A stretch of DNA of 64,000 bases, taken from the NCBI RefSeq assembly GCF_006345805.1, contig NC_043005.1, forward strand, positions 81,406,001 to 81,470,000. Reading direction: 5' to 3'. A program made the position numbers and the translations under genes. The notes under the pieces are model-generated. The model ran no database searches. It had not been told where the DNA came from and was given only the letters and a program-made list of their open reading frames with translations. Positions 1 to 10,791 of this stretch are shown piece by piece (the first letter of the stretch is position 1; the number at the start of each line of letters is the position of its first letter). The stretch is from Octopus sinensis. Lineage: Eukaryota.

Positions 1-19
1 TATTATTATTTTTATCATT

Positions 20-1193
20 ATTATTACTACTACTGCTTCTATTATTATTATTTTTAATATTATTATTGTCACTAATGGCTTCGTCGTTGTCATCGTTGTT
101 ATTGTTGTTTTTCTTCTTGTCCTTCTTCCTCTTCTTCCCATTATTACAACTATCATTAATAGTAGTCGCAGCAGTGGTTGTAGCAGTAGTAGTTGTAATA
201 GGAGGCGGAGGGGGAGGTATATTGTTATTAATATTTTTATTTTATTTTTTCGCTTCTTTACATCGTCTTGTTTCTTAACTACATTGTTTGTTCCCCGTTT
301 CTTTTTCTTCCTATCACACATTCACTATAAATAATAACATACCAATCTATTCTGCTTTTTAGTAATCTGTCATTGTTATGTCTTGTATTGTCGCCTTCAT
401 GGAAATAAAAAAATACATAAAGAAAATCCTTATCGTCCTTGTTTCTGCTTTTCTTATTGTATGTTATGAATGTTGATTCTTTATTTTCACTATGGCCATT
501 ATTATGATCTGTTATTATTATTATTATCATTATTGTTATTATGACTGTAATAGAAATTATTATTATTATATTATTATTATTATTTATTATTATTATTATT
601 ATTATTAATATTATTACTACTACTATTATTATCATTATTATTATTTTATTATTATTATTATTACTACTACTGCTTCTATTATTATTATTTTTAATATTAT
701 TATTGTCACTAATGGCTTCGTCGTTGTCATCGTTGTTATTGTTGTTTTTCTTCTTGTCCTTCTTCCTCTTCTTCCCATTATTACAACTATCATTAATAGT
801 AGTCGCAGCAGTGGTTGTAGCAGTAGTAGTTGTAATAGGAGGCGGAGGGGGAGGTATATTGTTATTAATATTTTTATTTTATTTTTTCGCTTCTTTACAT
901 CGTCTTGTTTCTTAACTACATTGTTTGTTCCCCGTTTCTTTTTCTTCCTATCACACATTCACTATAAATAATAACATACCAATCTATTCTGCTTTTTAGT
1001 AATCTGTCATTGTTATGTCTTGTATTTGTCGCCTTCATGGAAATAAAAAAATACATAAAGAAAATCCTTATCGTCCTTGTTTCTGCTTTTCTTATTGTAT
1101 GTTATGAATGTTGATTCTTTATTTTCACTATGGCCATTATTATGATCTGTTATTATTATTATTATCATTATTGTTATTATGACTGTAATAGAA

Positions 1194-1213
<20 letters not shown>
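20..1213. repeat. Near-identical direct tandem duplication, period about 637 bp, built on TAT-rich low-complexity sequence
   Basis: tattattgtcactaatggcttcg occurs at 61 and 698, and identity continues for about 550 nt. The identical ORF text at 66..278 and at the end of 541..915 confirms it. Confidence 0.95.
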
Positions 1214-1231
<18 letters not shown>

Positions 1232-1427
1232 CCATATTATTATTATGACTGTAATAGAAATGATTATTATTATTATTATCCTTATTATTATTATGACTGT
1301 AATAGAAGTGATTATTATTATTATTAGTAGTAGTAGTAGTGTTATTATGCCTATAATAGAAAGGGATAGTATTACTATCATTATTATTAATACCCGGCGT
1401 TGCCAGGTATTAAAATGGCATAGCTTT

Positions 1428-1718
1428 TTTCTTATTGCTTTACTTGTTTCAGTTACTTGGCTACGGCCATGTGAGAACGCCCCTTTTAATCGAATAAATC
1501 GACCCCAGGACATATTCTTTGTAAGCCTAGTATTTATTTTATCGGTTTTTTTGACGAACCACTAATTTACGGGGACGTAAACACAGCAATATCGTTTGTC
1601 AACCGATGGAAGAGGTACAAAGACACACAGACAAATATACACATATATACGACATTCTTCTTTCAGTTTCCATGTACGAACTCCACTCACAAGGCTTTGA
1701 TTGACCTGAGGCTATAGC
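1428..1718 (-). mobile_element. CORE-type tRNA SINE (octopus OR-like, family C), partial
   Basis: Shares sequence with copies at 1724, 2023, 51240, 52945 and 57210 (e.g. ccactcacaaggctttg, ttacggggacgtaaacac). Confidence 0.8.
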
Positions 1719-1723
1719 ATATA

Positions 1724-1968
1724 TTTGCTTGTCAACCACACGGTTCCGGGTTCAGTCCTAATGCCTGGCACCTTCGGCAAGTGTCTTCTTCTACAGACTC
1801 GGGACGACCAAAGTCTTGGAATTCGATTTGGCAGACGGACACTGAAAGAAGCCCGTCGTATATGTGTGTGTGTGTGTGTGTGTGTGTTTATGTGTGTAAA
1901 TTTGTGTGTGTGCCTGTGATTGTACGCCACCATTGCTTGACAATCGATGTTAGAGTGTTTACGTCCTG
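1724..1968 (+). mobile_element. CORE-type tRNA SINE (family C)
   Basis: B-box-like GGTTCAGTCC, CORE-like GGCACCTTCGGCAAGTGTCTT and an internal (TG)n tract. Confidence 0.85.
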
Positions 1969-1990
1969 AAACCAATTGTTCTCTTTTATT

Positions 1991-2022
<32 letters not shown>

Positions 2023-2270
2023 AGTACTCTATCATTCTTTTATTGATCTGTGTGTTACAGTCATTTGACTGCGGCCATGCTGGAGTACCACCATTTGCCG
2101 AATAAATCCCCCCAGGACTTATTTTTTGTAAGCCTGGTACTTATTCTATCGGTCTCTTTTGCCGAACAACTAAATTGTGACGACATAACCTCTCCAACAT
2201 CGGTTATCAAGCGATGGTGGCGTACAATCACAGACACACATACAAATTTACACACACACACATACATATA
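2023..2270 (-). mobile_element. CORE-type SINE (family C), 3' half
   Basis: 3' tail cagtcatttgactgcggccatgctggag; matches 1428-1640. Confidence 0.8.
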
Positions 2271-2416
2271 TATATGTACATATATATATATACATACACA
2301 TATATATATACGTATATATATATATGCATACATGTATATATTTATACATAATGACACTATTAAAAATGAAAAAATAAAAGTGAATATATTTATAATTATT
2401 ACTCCGTCGAAGGTTG

Positions 2417-2490
<74 letters not shown>

Positions 2491-2606
2491 AAAGATAGAT
2501 AGATATACATACACACACACATATATAAATATACATACACACACACACACGCACATATATACATACACACACACACACACAATTATATATATATATATAT
2601 ATATAC
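2245..2606. repeat. Compound (CA)n/(TA)n/(GA)n microsatellites
   Basis: Visible directly. Confidence 0.95.
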
Positions 2607-2714
2607 TAGATTCGATCTAATGAATTATCCCCTTCCGCCAAATTTCAAGCTTTGTTCCTATAAGAGAAAGGATTATTATTATTGTTGTTTTTGTTGAGTG
2701 AGAGATAACATGTG

Positions 2715-3246
2715 TGTGTATTTTCATTGGCTCTTATGCCGTAAATACCAATATGCAGCAACAGGGAACTGGCATGAGCATGTACCAAGTGAAGTTATGC
2801 AGGAGGAGGGAAAAGCAACGATACTCTGGGACTATGATTTTTAGACGGATCGTGTACTCGAACACCGTCGGCCGGATATTGTCATATTGCATAAGAGACA
2901 CAAATACTGTGAGATCAGTGATGTAGCCATACTAACTGACCTGAATGTTGTGATAAATCACCAAGTACTCCAAACTGAAAGTGGAATTGGCAATACTGTA
3001 TGGAACGCGAGAGTGTAATGTAGAAGTGATACCAGTGGCGATCGGAGCGCTGAGCTCAATTCCATTGAAACTTCAAAACATCTGAATGCAACTGAATTCC
3101 CATGCAAGAATTCCCATGCAAAAGACAGCCTTATTGGGCAAAGCGCACATCTTAAGGAAAGTATTATCTGTCTTAGGTCCTTGTTGTGATTTGACGGATG
3201 ACTGAAGACTCCGGTGCATTTTACCTAAACTCTGTTACGAAGGATT
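2715..3246 (+). mobile_element. 3' fragment of an RLE-type non-LTR retrotransposon (R4/Dong-like), decayed
   Basis: Translates to FHWLLCRKY..WHEHVP..ILWDYDF*TDRVLEHRRPDIV..DVAI..KY..VIPVAIGAL..MQKTALLGKAHILRKVL, a PD-(D/E)xK restriction-like endonuclease C-terminus. It ends in (TAA)n. Confidence 0.9.
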
Positions 3247-3496
3247 AATAATAATAGTAATAATAACAGCAGTAGGCCGATCTTAGGAACTTTTGCTTTC
3301 CAGCAGTCTAATCTGTTGAATGTATATAATAGCATCGTGACGCGTAATCACGGAGGTATGAGTTCGAGTCTCATTTTTCTGCAAAATTGGGTTAGCTTAT
3401 CCTGTTCAGGCTATATTATTAGCATTATCCTCTGTTTGAGAATTGAAAATCACTTCTTTCGATTAATAATAATAATAATAATAATAATAAAATTAA

Positions 3497-4050
3497 TAAT
3501 AATAAATGCTCTGATGCAGTACCAGGTAGTTGCTCTCGTGGCTGCTGATCTTATCTGATTGGAAGTGTTATCATGTACATTGTTTTGTCTTGGTATAAAA
3601 GCAAATATTCTGCTCAATACCACAGATTTGTTTGTCAGTTGTTTGATCTTAACCAGTCAAGCATGTTCCTTAGTGGCTGACGATATGTGCATCTGTGATC
3701 ACGAGCAGAAGTAGTGGGGGAGCATCATAGCCATGTGTTGAAAGTGATTCTTTGGGGTTTGAATAATTCAGTTCTGGAAACATGGGTGTTTCTTCCAATT
3801 TCCTTAAACAACCCTTATTCAGGGACCTTTTGAGTGGGATTGGCTACTTGACCGGGAGAAAATTCTAACTGGGCCCCACCTGCACGGTCATGTGCTGTTT
3901 ATCTTGATATGAGATCCCCATGTCGCTCACATATGGTTGTGTTGCATGTGCCTAGTGTACCCTTATCAGTCGGGTAGTCATGATGGGTATACTGCGCTTC
4001 GTATATTTTACCCCAGTGTCACTTTGATGGCATGCACTGCTCTCTTACTC
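3497..4050. mobile_element. Probable non-autonomous interspersed repeat bounded by (AAT)n tracts
   Basis: Sharp higher-GC block between two AAT runs, no convincing ORF, single copy in this window. Confidence 0.4.
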
Positions 4051-4089
4051 AATGATAATAATAGCAAGAACAACAATGATAATGTTGTA

Positions 4090-4252
4090 GTACAGGAACA
4101 AGGTCTAAAATGTTACGGTGTGCTGGGCAGGCTTGAAATTTCAGGGGAGAGTACTTATCGATAACATCGACACCAGCGTTTGACTGGATCTTGATTCATT
4201 CATCCAGAATGGAGGAAATGCAAAGCTAACCTCGGAAGAATTTGAACTCAGA
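4090..4252 (-). mobile_element. Degenerate tRNA SINE (family B)
   Basis: gaatttgaactcaga B-box complement plus remnants of the shared central domain. Confidence 0.65.
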
Positions 4253-4763
4253 TTCTGTGTTTACAGAAATAGCATCAATGACAAGACCATTATGTACAAA
4301 TATATGAAAATGTTTAGAGAAGTGTAAACAAGCAATGAAGATAAGCTGGATATTTAATACCAACTGAAAAGACGAGTCACAATCTTGAGCTTGATGCGCA
4401 ATGGTTTATATTCAAGCTTATTACAGGAGATGATGGATGACTTTGGATATGGAAAACTAAGTGCAGTTCTCGGCAGCTAACAACCGGTTTCTAGGCGAGG
4501 AAGAGAAGTTTGTCTCGATTAGCTGGAAGTGTTTTAAATCGATAAAGACACGATCTTTTCTAATCCGTTGACATGGGATGAAATTTTTCAGTACTTTTAT
4601 GATCTGGAAAATTCTAATTGTGACATGCCACTTCCACAGAAGTAAGAATTTCAAGAATAAGTAATTGGCATAGAAAACCATTGTGATAGATTTTGTATTG
4701 GCAAATGCATCGTTCCCACTGATTTTCTATAACGTAACTCTATCAAGAAAAATGTGGTGTACA

Positions 4764-4946
4764 TTCTTTTCTAATCTAGGCACAAGGCCCGTAATTTTGG
4801 AGGAGGGGCCAGTGGAGTAGATCGATCCCAGTCTTTAACTGGTACTTAATTTATTGACCCTGAAAGGATGAAAGGCAGAGTCGACCTCGCCGGAACCGCT
4901 AAGCATTTCGTCCAGCGTGCTACCGATTCTGCCACATCGCCGCCTT
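4764..4946 (-). mobile_element. tRNA SINE family B with 13-bp TSD
   Basis: Head complement tcgccgcctt and central ggtacttaatttattgaccc..aaggatgaaaggc; flanks aatgtggtgtaca / aatatggtgtaca. Confidence 0.9.
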
Positions 4947-5402
4947 AATATGGTGTACAGTGAAATAGTCAAAATACTTGGGGAAACTTGAAAAGGCAGA
5001 CACAATAAAAATCAAAATGTCATGTCAATCCGATAGCACATGGGTCCTTTGCAACAATGTGGACAATCAACAACTTAGTTTGGCCAGTGATCCCCAATCT
5101 GCTATAACACTCTGCGACTTCACGCATTCAACTTAAAGAACAATTTTCGAAGACAACTATATGATCGCACATATGGAAGAGGTTATGAAGATGGTATTAC
5201 AACAAAGCACACCTGAAAGTTTTCAATTAGAATTCAAGGGTTAAGCTGCTTCCGTCGCGCCTATTCATCGCTTGAGATGGAGGCTATTGTGAGTAGTACT
5301 TCTATATTGCAGAATTGTTACTCAGACGATTTGTGCAATTTTAACGCGCTAGATGTTTAAATAAATAATCTCTCTAATTTTACATTACATTCTGTGCAAC
5401 CA

Positions 5403-5412
5403 GAGTGAGTGA

Positions 5413-5465
<53 letters not shown>

Positions 5466-5486
5466 CATGTGTGTATGTGTGTGTGT

Positions 5487-5540
<54 letters not shown>
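5403..5540. repeat. (GT)n microsatellite
   Basis: Visible directly. Confidence 0.97.
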
Positions 5541-5541
<1 letters not shown>

Positions 5542-5822
5542 GCTTAGTGGTTAGGTATTTCGGTTAATGATCCGACGGCGCTTTGAATCATTGAGCAAGA
5601 GAATTATTTTCACGTTGCTGCAGTCCACTCAACTGATAGGAATGAGCTGTGTCTGTAATTCTTGCTACGTTCTGTGTCATGCTGCATCGCCCTGAGAACT
5701 ACGTTGAGAGTACGCGTGTCTGTAGAGTTCTCAACCACTTGCACGTTAATATAATGAGCAGGCTGTGCAGTTGAGCGGATCACCTGGAAACCTCGCCATC
5801 GTAACTGACGGAATGCCGTCAA
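5538..5822 (+). mobile_element. CORE-type tRNA SINE (family D)
   Basis: A-box TGGCTTAGTGG and ttgagcaag..tatttcacgttgct core; matches 14799 and 32792. Confidence 0.8.
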
Positions 5823-5842
5823 GTATGTATGTATGTATATAT

Positions 5843-6484
5843 GTCAGGTCACTGGTAACATGTAACCCAGTACAACCTGGTGCGTGGTCGGGCCATCGGC
5901 GACTAAACAGGTAACCCCACCAAGCTTGCTTGGCGAGGAGGATGTTTATTTGACATTAATTATGAAAAACAAAACTCGTCAAAGGGCGGCGAAACTCTTG
6001 GGAGCCAACGGCCATCCAATTAAAGTGTAATTTTCTTTTTCTTAAGGCTTAAGGCGGTAACATAGAAATAATGGGACTGAATACCCGATCGCGCGGTTAA
6101 ACCATTGGAAGTGAAGGACTCCTAGAATTTGTTAGGGCATCTTTCTAGGAGAAGGTAACTCAGGTAACTGGGATAACTCCGACATAAAACCTGCAGCTCA
6201 GTGGTTACCGATGATGTTGACTTGTTCTTCTTTTCGGATTATGGCTGCTGTTGCTTAGTGAGTGGGATTGACACAGTGCACATCCTTTCCTCACTTGAAA
6301 AAAATCTTCTTGCACAGGCATTGCACGATAACAACATTGTTCATGATTGTTGATGGTGCTCTGAGTCTCAACTGAATGGCTGGCTGTAGCTGTAAAAAGC
6401 AAATAAGTCACATTCGATCACAGCACCAATAACAGTTAAGCTTCGTGCAATGGCCATACTCGATAACGAGGGGGAAGCCATCAT
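5843..6484 (+). mobile_element. Probable non-autonomous RTE-derived element (structured 5' UTR plus RTE-like 3' tail)
   Basis: GC-richer block with hairpins (ccaagc-tt-gcttgg). The tail tggccatactcgataacgag..ccatcat resembles the 3' end at 9564-9599. Flanked by (ATGT)n/(ATGA)n. Confidence 0.5.
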
Positions 6485-7499
6485 GTATATATGTATGAAT
6501 GAATGAATGAATGAATGAATGAATGAATGAATGAATGAATGAATGTATGTATGTATGTAGTTTCATCTCGGTGAAAATCAACATTGCTTTCGGTTTATAT
6601 CCCTCTCAGAACTTCCTTTTCCTTTTTTCAAATTGTCAATTCGTTGTATTGTCTCGTCGTGTAACGTCAAGTTTTCCTGCTCTTCATTATCTTTTTCTGA
6701 AGGAGTTTACTAAACTTGATTTGGTTGGTGGCTAACAATATCAATTAGCAAATGATTACTAGTTAATGTGAATTAGAGGAAATAATTACTAAGAGTCCAG
6801 AATAAAGCAGTCTCTTTTTGCTGCTAAAATTTGTTAATGAATGTGATATCTAATTAAAATCGAAGGTGAATTATAAATAAAATATATGTATATTTTTATA
6901 CGTGTTACAGGAATAACAAATTTGTCAGTTGTTTGTCCGTTCTGTAATTTACTAGTCGGTGAATGTCGGTCAATTAGTATATCGGAGTGGATGAATGTTC
7001 TTTCGGCTATATATACACTCGGTCAGTTACACATCGTACAACTATCAGTTGGATAAAATAACCGTTTTATTGGGTAACAGATTTATCCCTGAAATGTCTG
7101 TCTGTAAATAACCCTTTCGTTTAGTATCCGTCAGTCCGTCGGATTGTCAGACACCGGAGTATTGGTTTTATTTAGCCTCCTCGGTAAAGAAACAAGCCGG
7201 AAAGCAGGTCTGTGAATGTAGACTGTAGTCTCTTTGAGAGTGTTCTGCGTCTTATATAAAAAAAATTACTAAGAATAACATTTCTGAAATAAAACATTAC
7301 AGCCAGCAACGTTATATGTTTATTATATATACATTACAAAATTAACAAACCTCTTTTGTTATTTTCAGATATTATTTTCTTTAAGTAAAACCCGACCAGC
7401 TTCGAAAGTCAGCAAATGAGTTATTTTTACGTGTCTATATTGAAAACAGTAACTCCGGTATCGTCAGGAAAAAACATCAAGTCTATGGTGGAACTTACA

Positions 7500-7553
7500 T
7501 TAGGTACTTTTGTCTGGAACGAAGCTGGTAATTTGTGGCGAAAAATCCAGTCT
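7500..7553 (-). CDS. Probable last coding exon (RLDFSPQITSFVPDKST*)
   Basis: Acceptor catatttcag|AGA, phase 0, compatible with the 10433 exon. TAA stop at 7502-7500 is followed 1 nt later by gtaagt. A minus-strand AATAAA lies at 7324-7319. No homology support. Confidence 0.5.
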   Translation of the reverse strand, partial: RLDFSPQITSFVPDKST

Positions 7554-7654
7554 CTGAAATATGTGCAGATGTGAATCTAAGTGATGCCTCGTTTTTCACA
7601 CAGAATGTTCCAGAAGAGAAATACTACAGCTAGCGTTCTTTTACGCGTAGGCGC

Positions 7655-7758
7655 TTGCACACACAGAAGCACCCACACACATAAACACAACATACACACA
7701 CACATACACAACACACACACACACACACACAAACACAACATACACACACACAAACACA

Positions 7759-7811
<53 letters not shown>

Positions 7812-8722
7812 CATACATATGTATGTACATACATACACAAATAATATACATATATATACACATACACACACATATGTATATGTATAAGAAACTACATGAC
7901 ATAGCAATTTTCACTTTTGCAATTTTATAAATGGAATGACTAAATAAGGGTGGGTAATTCTCGCACGATTCAGTGATAGTAGTGTTTCACGGTTTTTCTG
8001 ATCTAACGAGAGATCTGACATATGTCAGAATGACCGACGGCTTCTATCGATAATGAAATACTAGATTCTTTGATTACATTTATTGCCATTTATTGATTAC
8101 ATTTATTTTTTTAACAGAAAGTGATTTAAGACTATCTGGGACAAATTCACACAGCTTAGCGACGTGTAACGTTTATATGCATGTTTCTAGCATCAAACAC
8201 ATACCATTTTAAACATATACACATAGGTACACATACACACATGCACATATGCACATACGATAAATTCTTTCTATGGGTATACACACAGATATATATATGC
8301 GTACTTACGAATATGTATGTATATATATATGCAATATATTCATGCATACATCTATGCATATATATATATACACAGATAGATAGATTGACAGATATAAATG
8401 TATATATATATATATATATATATGTAAATTCATATATATACATATATATATATACATACATGTGCATATATATACATATATATATACATACATATACATA
8501 TATATGTGTATGTATATATATATTGTTTCATCCGAGGAGAGTCATTGTGTCTTTATGCCTTATTAACTAAAACATACACCGGTTCAATTTCCACTCAATT
8601 TCTTTATATATATTTTTCTTCGCGATACAAAATTGAAATGCATATGTGTGTGTGTGTGTGTATACACATACACACAGGCACACATACACTCACGCGCGCG
8701 TGTATATATATATATATATATT
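7655..8722. repeat. Several (CA)/(TA) compound microsatellite blocks
   Basis: Visible directly; source of the overlapping H/T/Y/I/V/C ORFs. Confidence 0.9.
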
Positions 8723-8749
8723 AACGTGTGGAGTGGAGTGAATGATTAG

Positions 8750-9602
8750 GTGCAGACTTGTATGACGCATGCATCACTCACGAGAGATTTAAAGAAGGTG
8801 AATCTCAATGACCTTCTGTGTGCGCCCTTTGTGACAGAGCATGCCTTTGTTCTGCTGTGCTGAAATCTCATTTGCGGACTCATGAAAAATGATCCTCGGA
8901 TGTTTTCGGTTTGAACGGCAGTTTTTAATATAATTTCTAGGTAACTAAAAAATGTTTAACTTCGTATACTAGTAGAATGTGTTTTTAAAACATCTTTTTC
9001 TCTTGGCTTTATTGAGAAAATTATATGGTTTGTAAGATATTTTTGAGTTTTTTTCTTCAATTTCTGCAATTTCAACCAATCGATGACGTCCATTGGGGTA
9101 AAAAAAACATTCTGTGCCGTATGAATATGTCCCTTGTTTAAGAAACAGATTGGGTTTATTTACATTTGTGAAGAAAAAAAATATATCCTTCCCCCACCCC
9201 TAACTTACCCTAACCCTAAAACAGGTTGAAATGCAATAGATCGATACTAGGGTCATAATTATGGGTGACAATTTTATATGACACCGCTAGAAAAAACTGC
9301 CGTTCAAACCGAAGAGATCCTGATCCTCCACCAAAAATCCTGCCTATTTGTCTACACCTTTCAATGCAATGTATGCCAGAAGGTCTGCAAATCTAATGGA
9401 GGCTTCAAAAGACATTTTAAGATCCACAACGATCAGAACTAAACTGCAGCTTTTGGTGGACCAAATCACATATGCAATATATGTGGGTGTCTTTTCAATA
9501 CAATGTCTGGCTTAAAAAGCCACATCAGATGCCATGATGGATCTAAGGTGTATATACAGGAGGTGGTCAGACTCTGCATAAGGAGGAGACATCCATCATA
9601 TA
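8750..9602 (+). mobile_element. Decayed 3' end of an RTE-like LINE carrying three C2H2 zinc fingers, interrupted by a MITE
   Basis: CALCDRACLCSAVLKSHLRTH, CNVCQKVCKSNGGFKRHFKIH and CNICGCLFNTMSGLKSHIRCH, with in-frame stops, no TGEKP linkers and a short 3' tail. Confidence 0.7.
8898..9320. mobile_element. MITE, 423 bp, 29-bp TIRs, 8-bp TSD (Merlin-like termini)
   Basis: TIRs GGATGTTTTCGGTTTGAACGGCAGTTTTT / AAAAACTGCCGTTCAAACCGAAGAGATCC (2 mismatches); TSD TGATCCTC at 8890-8897 and 9321-9328. Confidence 0.92.
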
Positions 9603-10432
9603 CATTCATACACAAATAAACTGAAAAGCTCCGATTTCGGCAACTCGGAGTTACTCGTTAGCGATCATCAGCGTGTAAACCGAAGCTTGTTTTCTTTAGA
9701 AATGTCTACTGTCTGAGTATACTTTGATGCTTCAGACATTCATACTAATGTTACCACGAGAATCAGAAATGTAAACGAAACCGTGAGTTTGAAGCATTCT
9801 TTTTCGCATTTTTCGTTCAGAAATGCTTTTAAACAAAGGAACGTAAAAGGTAAGGGTTTTTTTCAAACTTTCATTTCACATTTCATAATTATTCTGACAG
9901 TGGATATTTCACAAGAAATCTACATTTCTACTGAGGCCTGTAATTTATCGCCTCTAGTGAAACAACATAGATTTTATACACACACACACACAAACACACA
10001 AATATATATATGCATATAAATGCACATACACATAAATACAAACATTCGCGCGTACGTTCACACACACACACACACATACATGTATATATTAAAACACGAT
10101 CCGAATAAATCATTATATTCAAAATAGTATTGTTTATGATTATATGTGTGTTTGTGTGCGTGTGAGTACGTGAGTGTTTGTGTGTGTATGTATATCTTTT
10201 TTATATCATTCAGTTTATACTGAGTGTATATACTTGATATATACTTGATATACTTTATTATAGCTTTTATGTGCATTTTTCACAATAAATTATGTTCATA
10301 GGTGTGCCGTTGTGCATATGCATGCGTGCACGCGTGCGGTGGAAATGTATGATGTGTGCACGCGTGTCTGTTATTACCTGGTCATAATTAATACTTTGAG
10401 AAAAAAGTTAGTGGACGGCTAGAAGCACATAC

Positions 10433-10480
10433 CTTATACTCTTTGTCTTTTTGCTGCATCGTTCTTCGTTTATGACAAGG
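10433..10480 (-). CDS. Coding exon of the same channel gene (post-M4 segment PCHKRRTMQQKDKEYK)
   Basis: Strong pyrimidine tract tttcttttctctatttcaattaacag|CCT and donor AAG|gtatgt; 48 nt, phase 0/0, in frame with the 27349 exon. The basic KRR..M.QKDKEY tail is what I expected after M4 in this family. It is too short for the ORF track. Confidence 0.8.
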
Positions 10481-10564
10481 CTGTTAATTGAAATAGAGAA
10501 AAGAAATAGGTGAGAATAAGACAATTGCTTACACTACATTCATACATGAAATTCGTAAAACACA

Positions 10565-10791
10565 TACGAGGGTGTAGGTGGGCTAGAAGATCCATGGCTT
10601 TAAAAGTATTGCGAAAGGCCAGGGTGGAAACACAAAATTCCGAGTTCTTTTACAGGGCTCAGAAAAACGGAAGCACCGATCCAATAAGTGTATGAAGCCG
10701 ACAAGGGAATGTGTTGAATATAATCATAATTAATTAATCCTCGTGTATTTTCTTTTACACAAAACCAGGAACTTTTTAGCAACCCCTCATA
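10565..10791 (+). mobile_element. Mariner-derived MITE
   Basis: TIR remnants tacgaggg... / ccaggaactttttagcaacccctcata; the interior matches 38465 and 62771. Confidence 0.75.

Noticed and set aside
66-1565. Hydrophobic poly-I/L/Y ORFs resembling membrane proteins
   Set aside because: Translations of (TAT)n low-complexity sequence, duplicated with the tandem repeat.
9191-9219. Possible telomere or fusion site
   Set aside because: Only about three CCCTAA units, internal to a MITE.
9627-9672. Minus-strand CTGATGA...GAAA hammerhead-like spacing
   Set aside because: Stem II closing pair is wrong and there is no NUH site or stem I.
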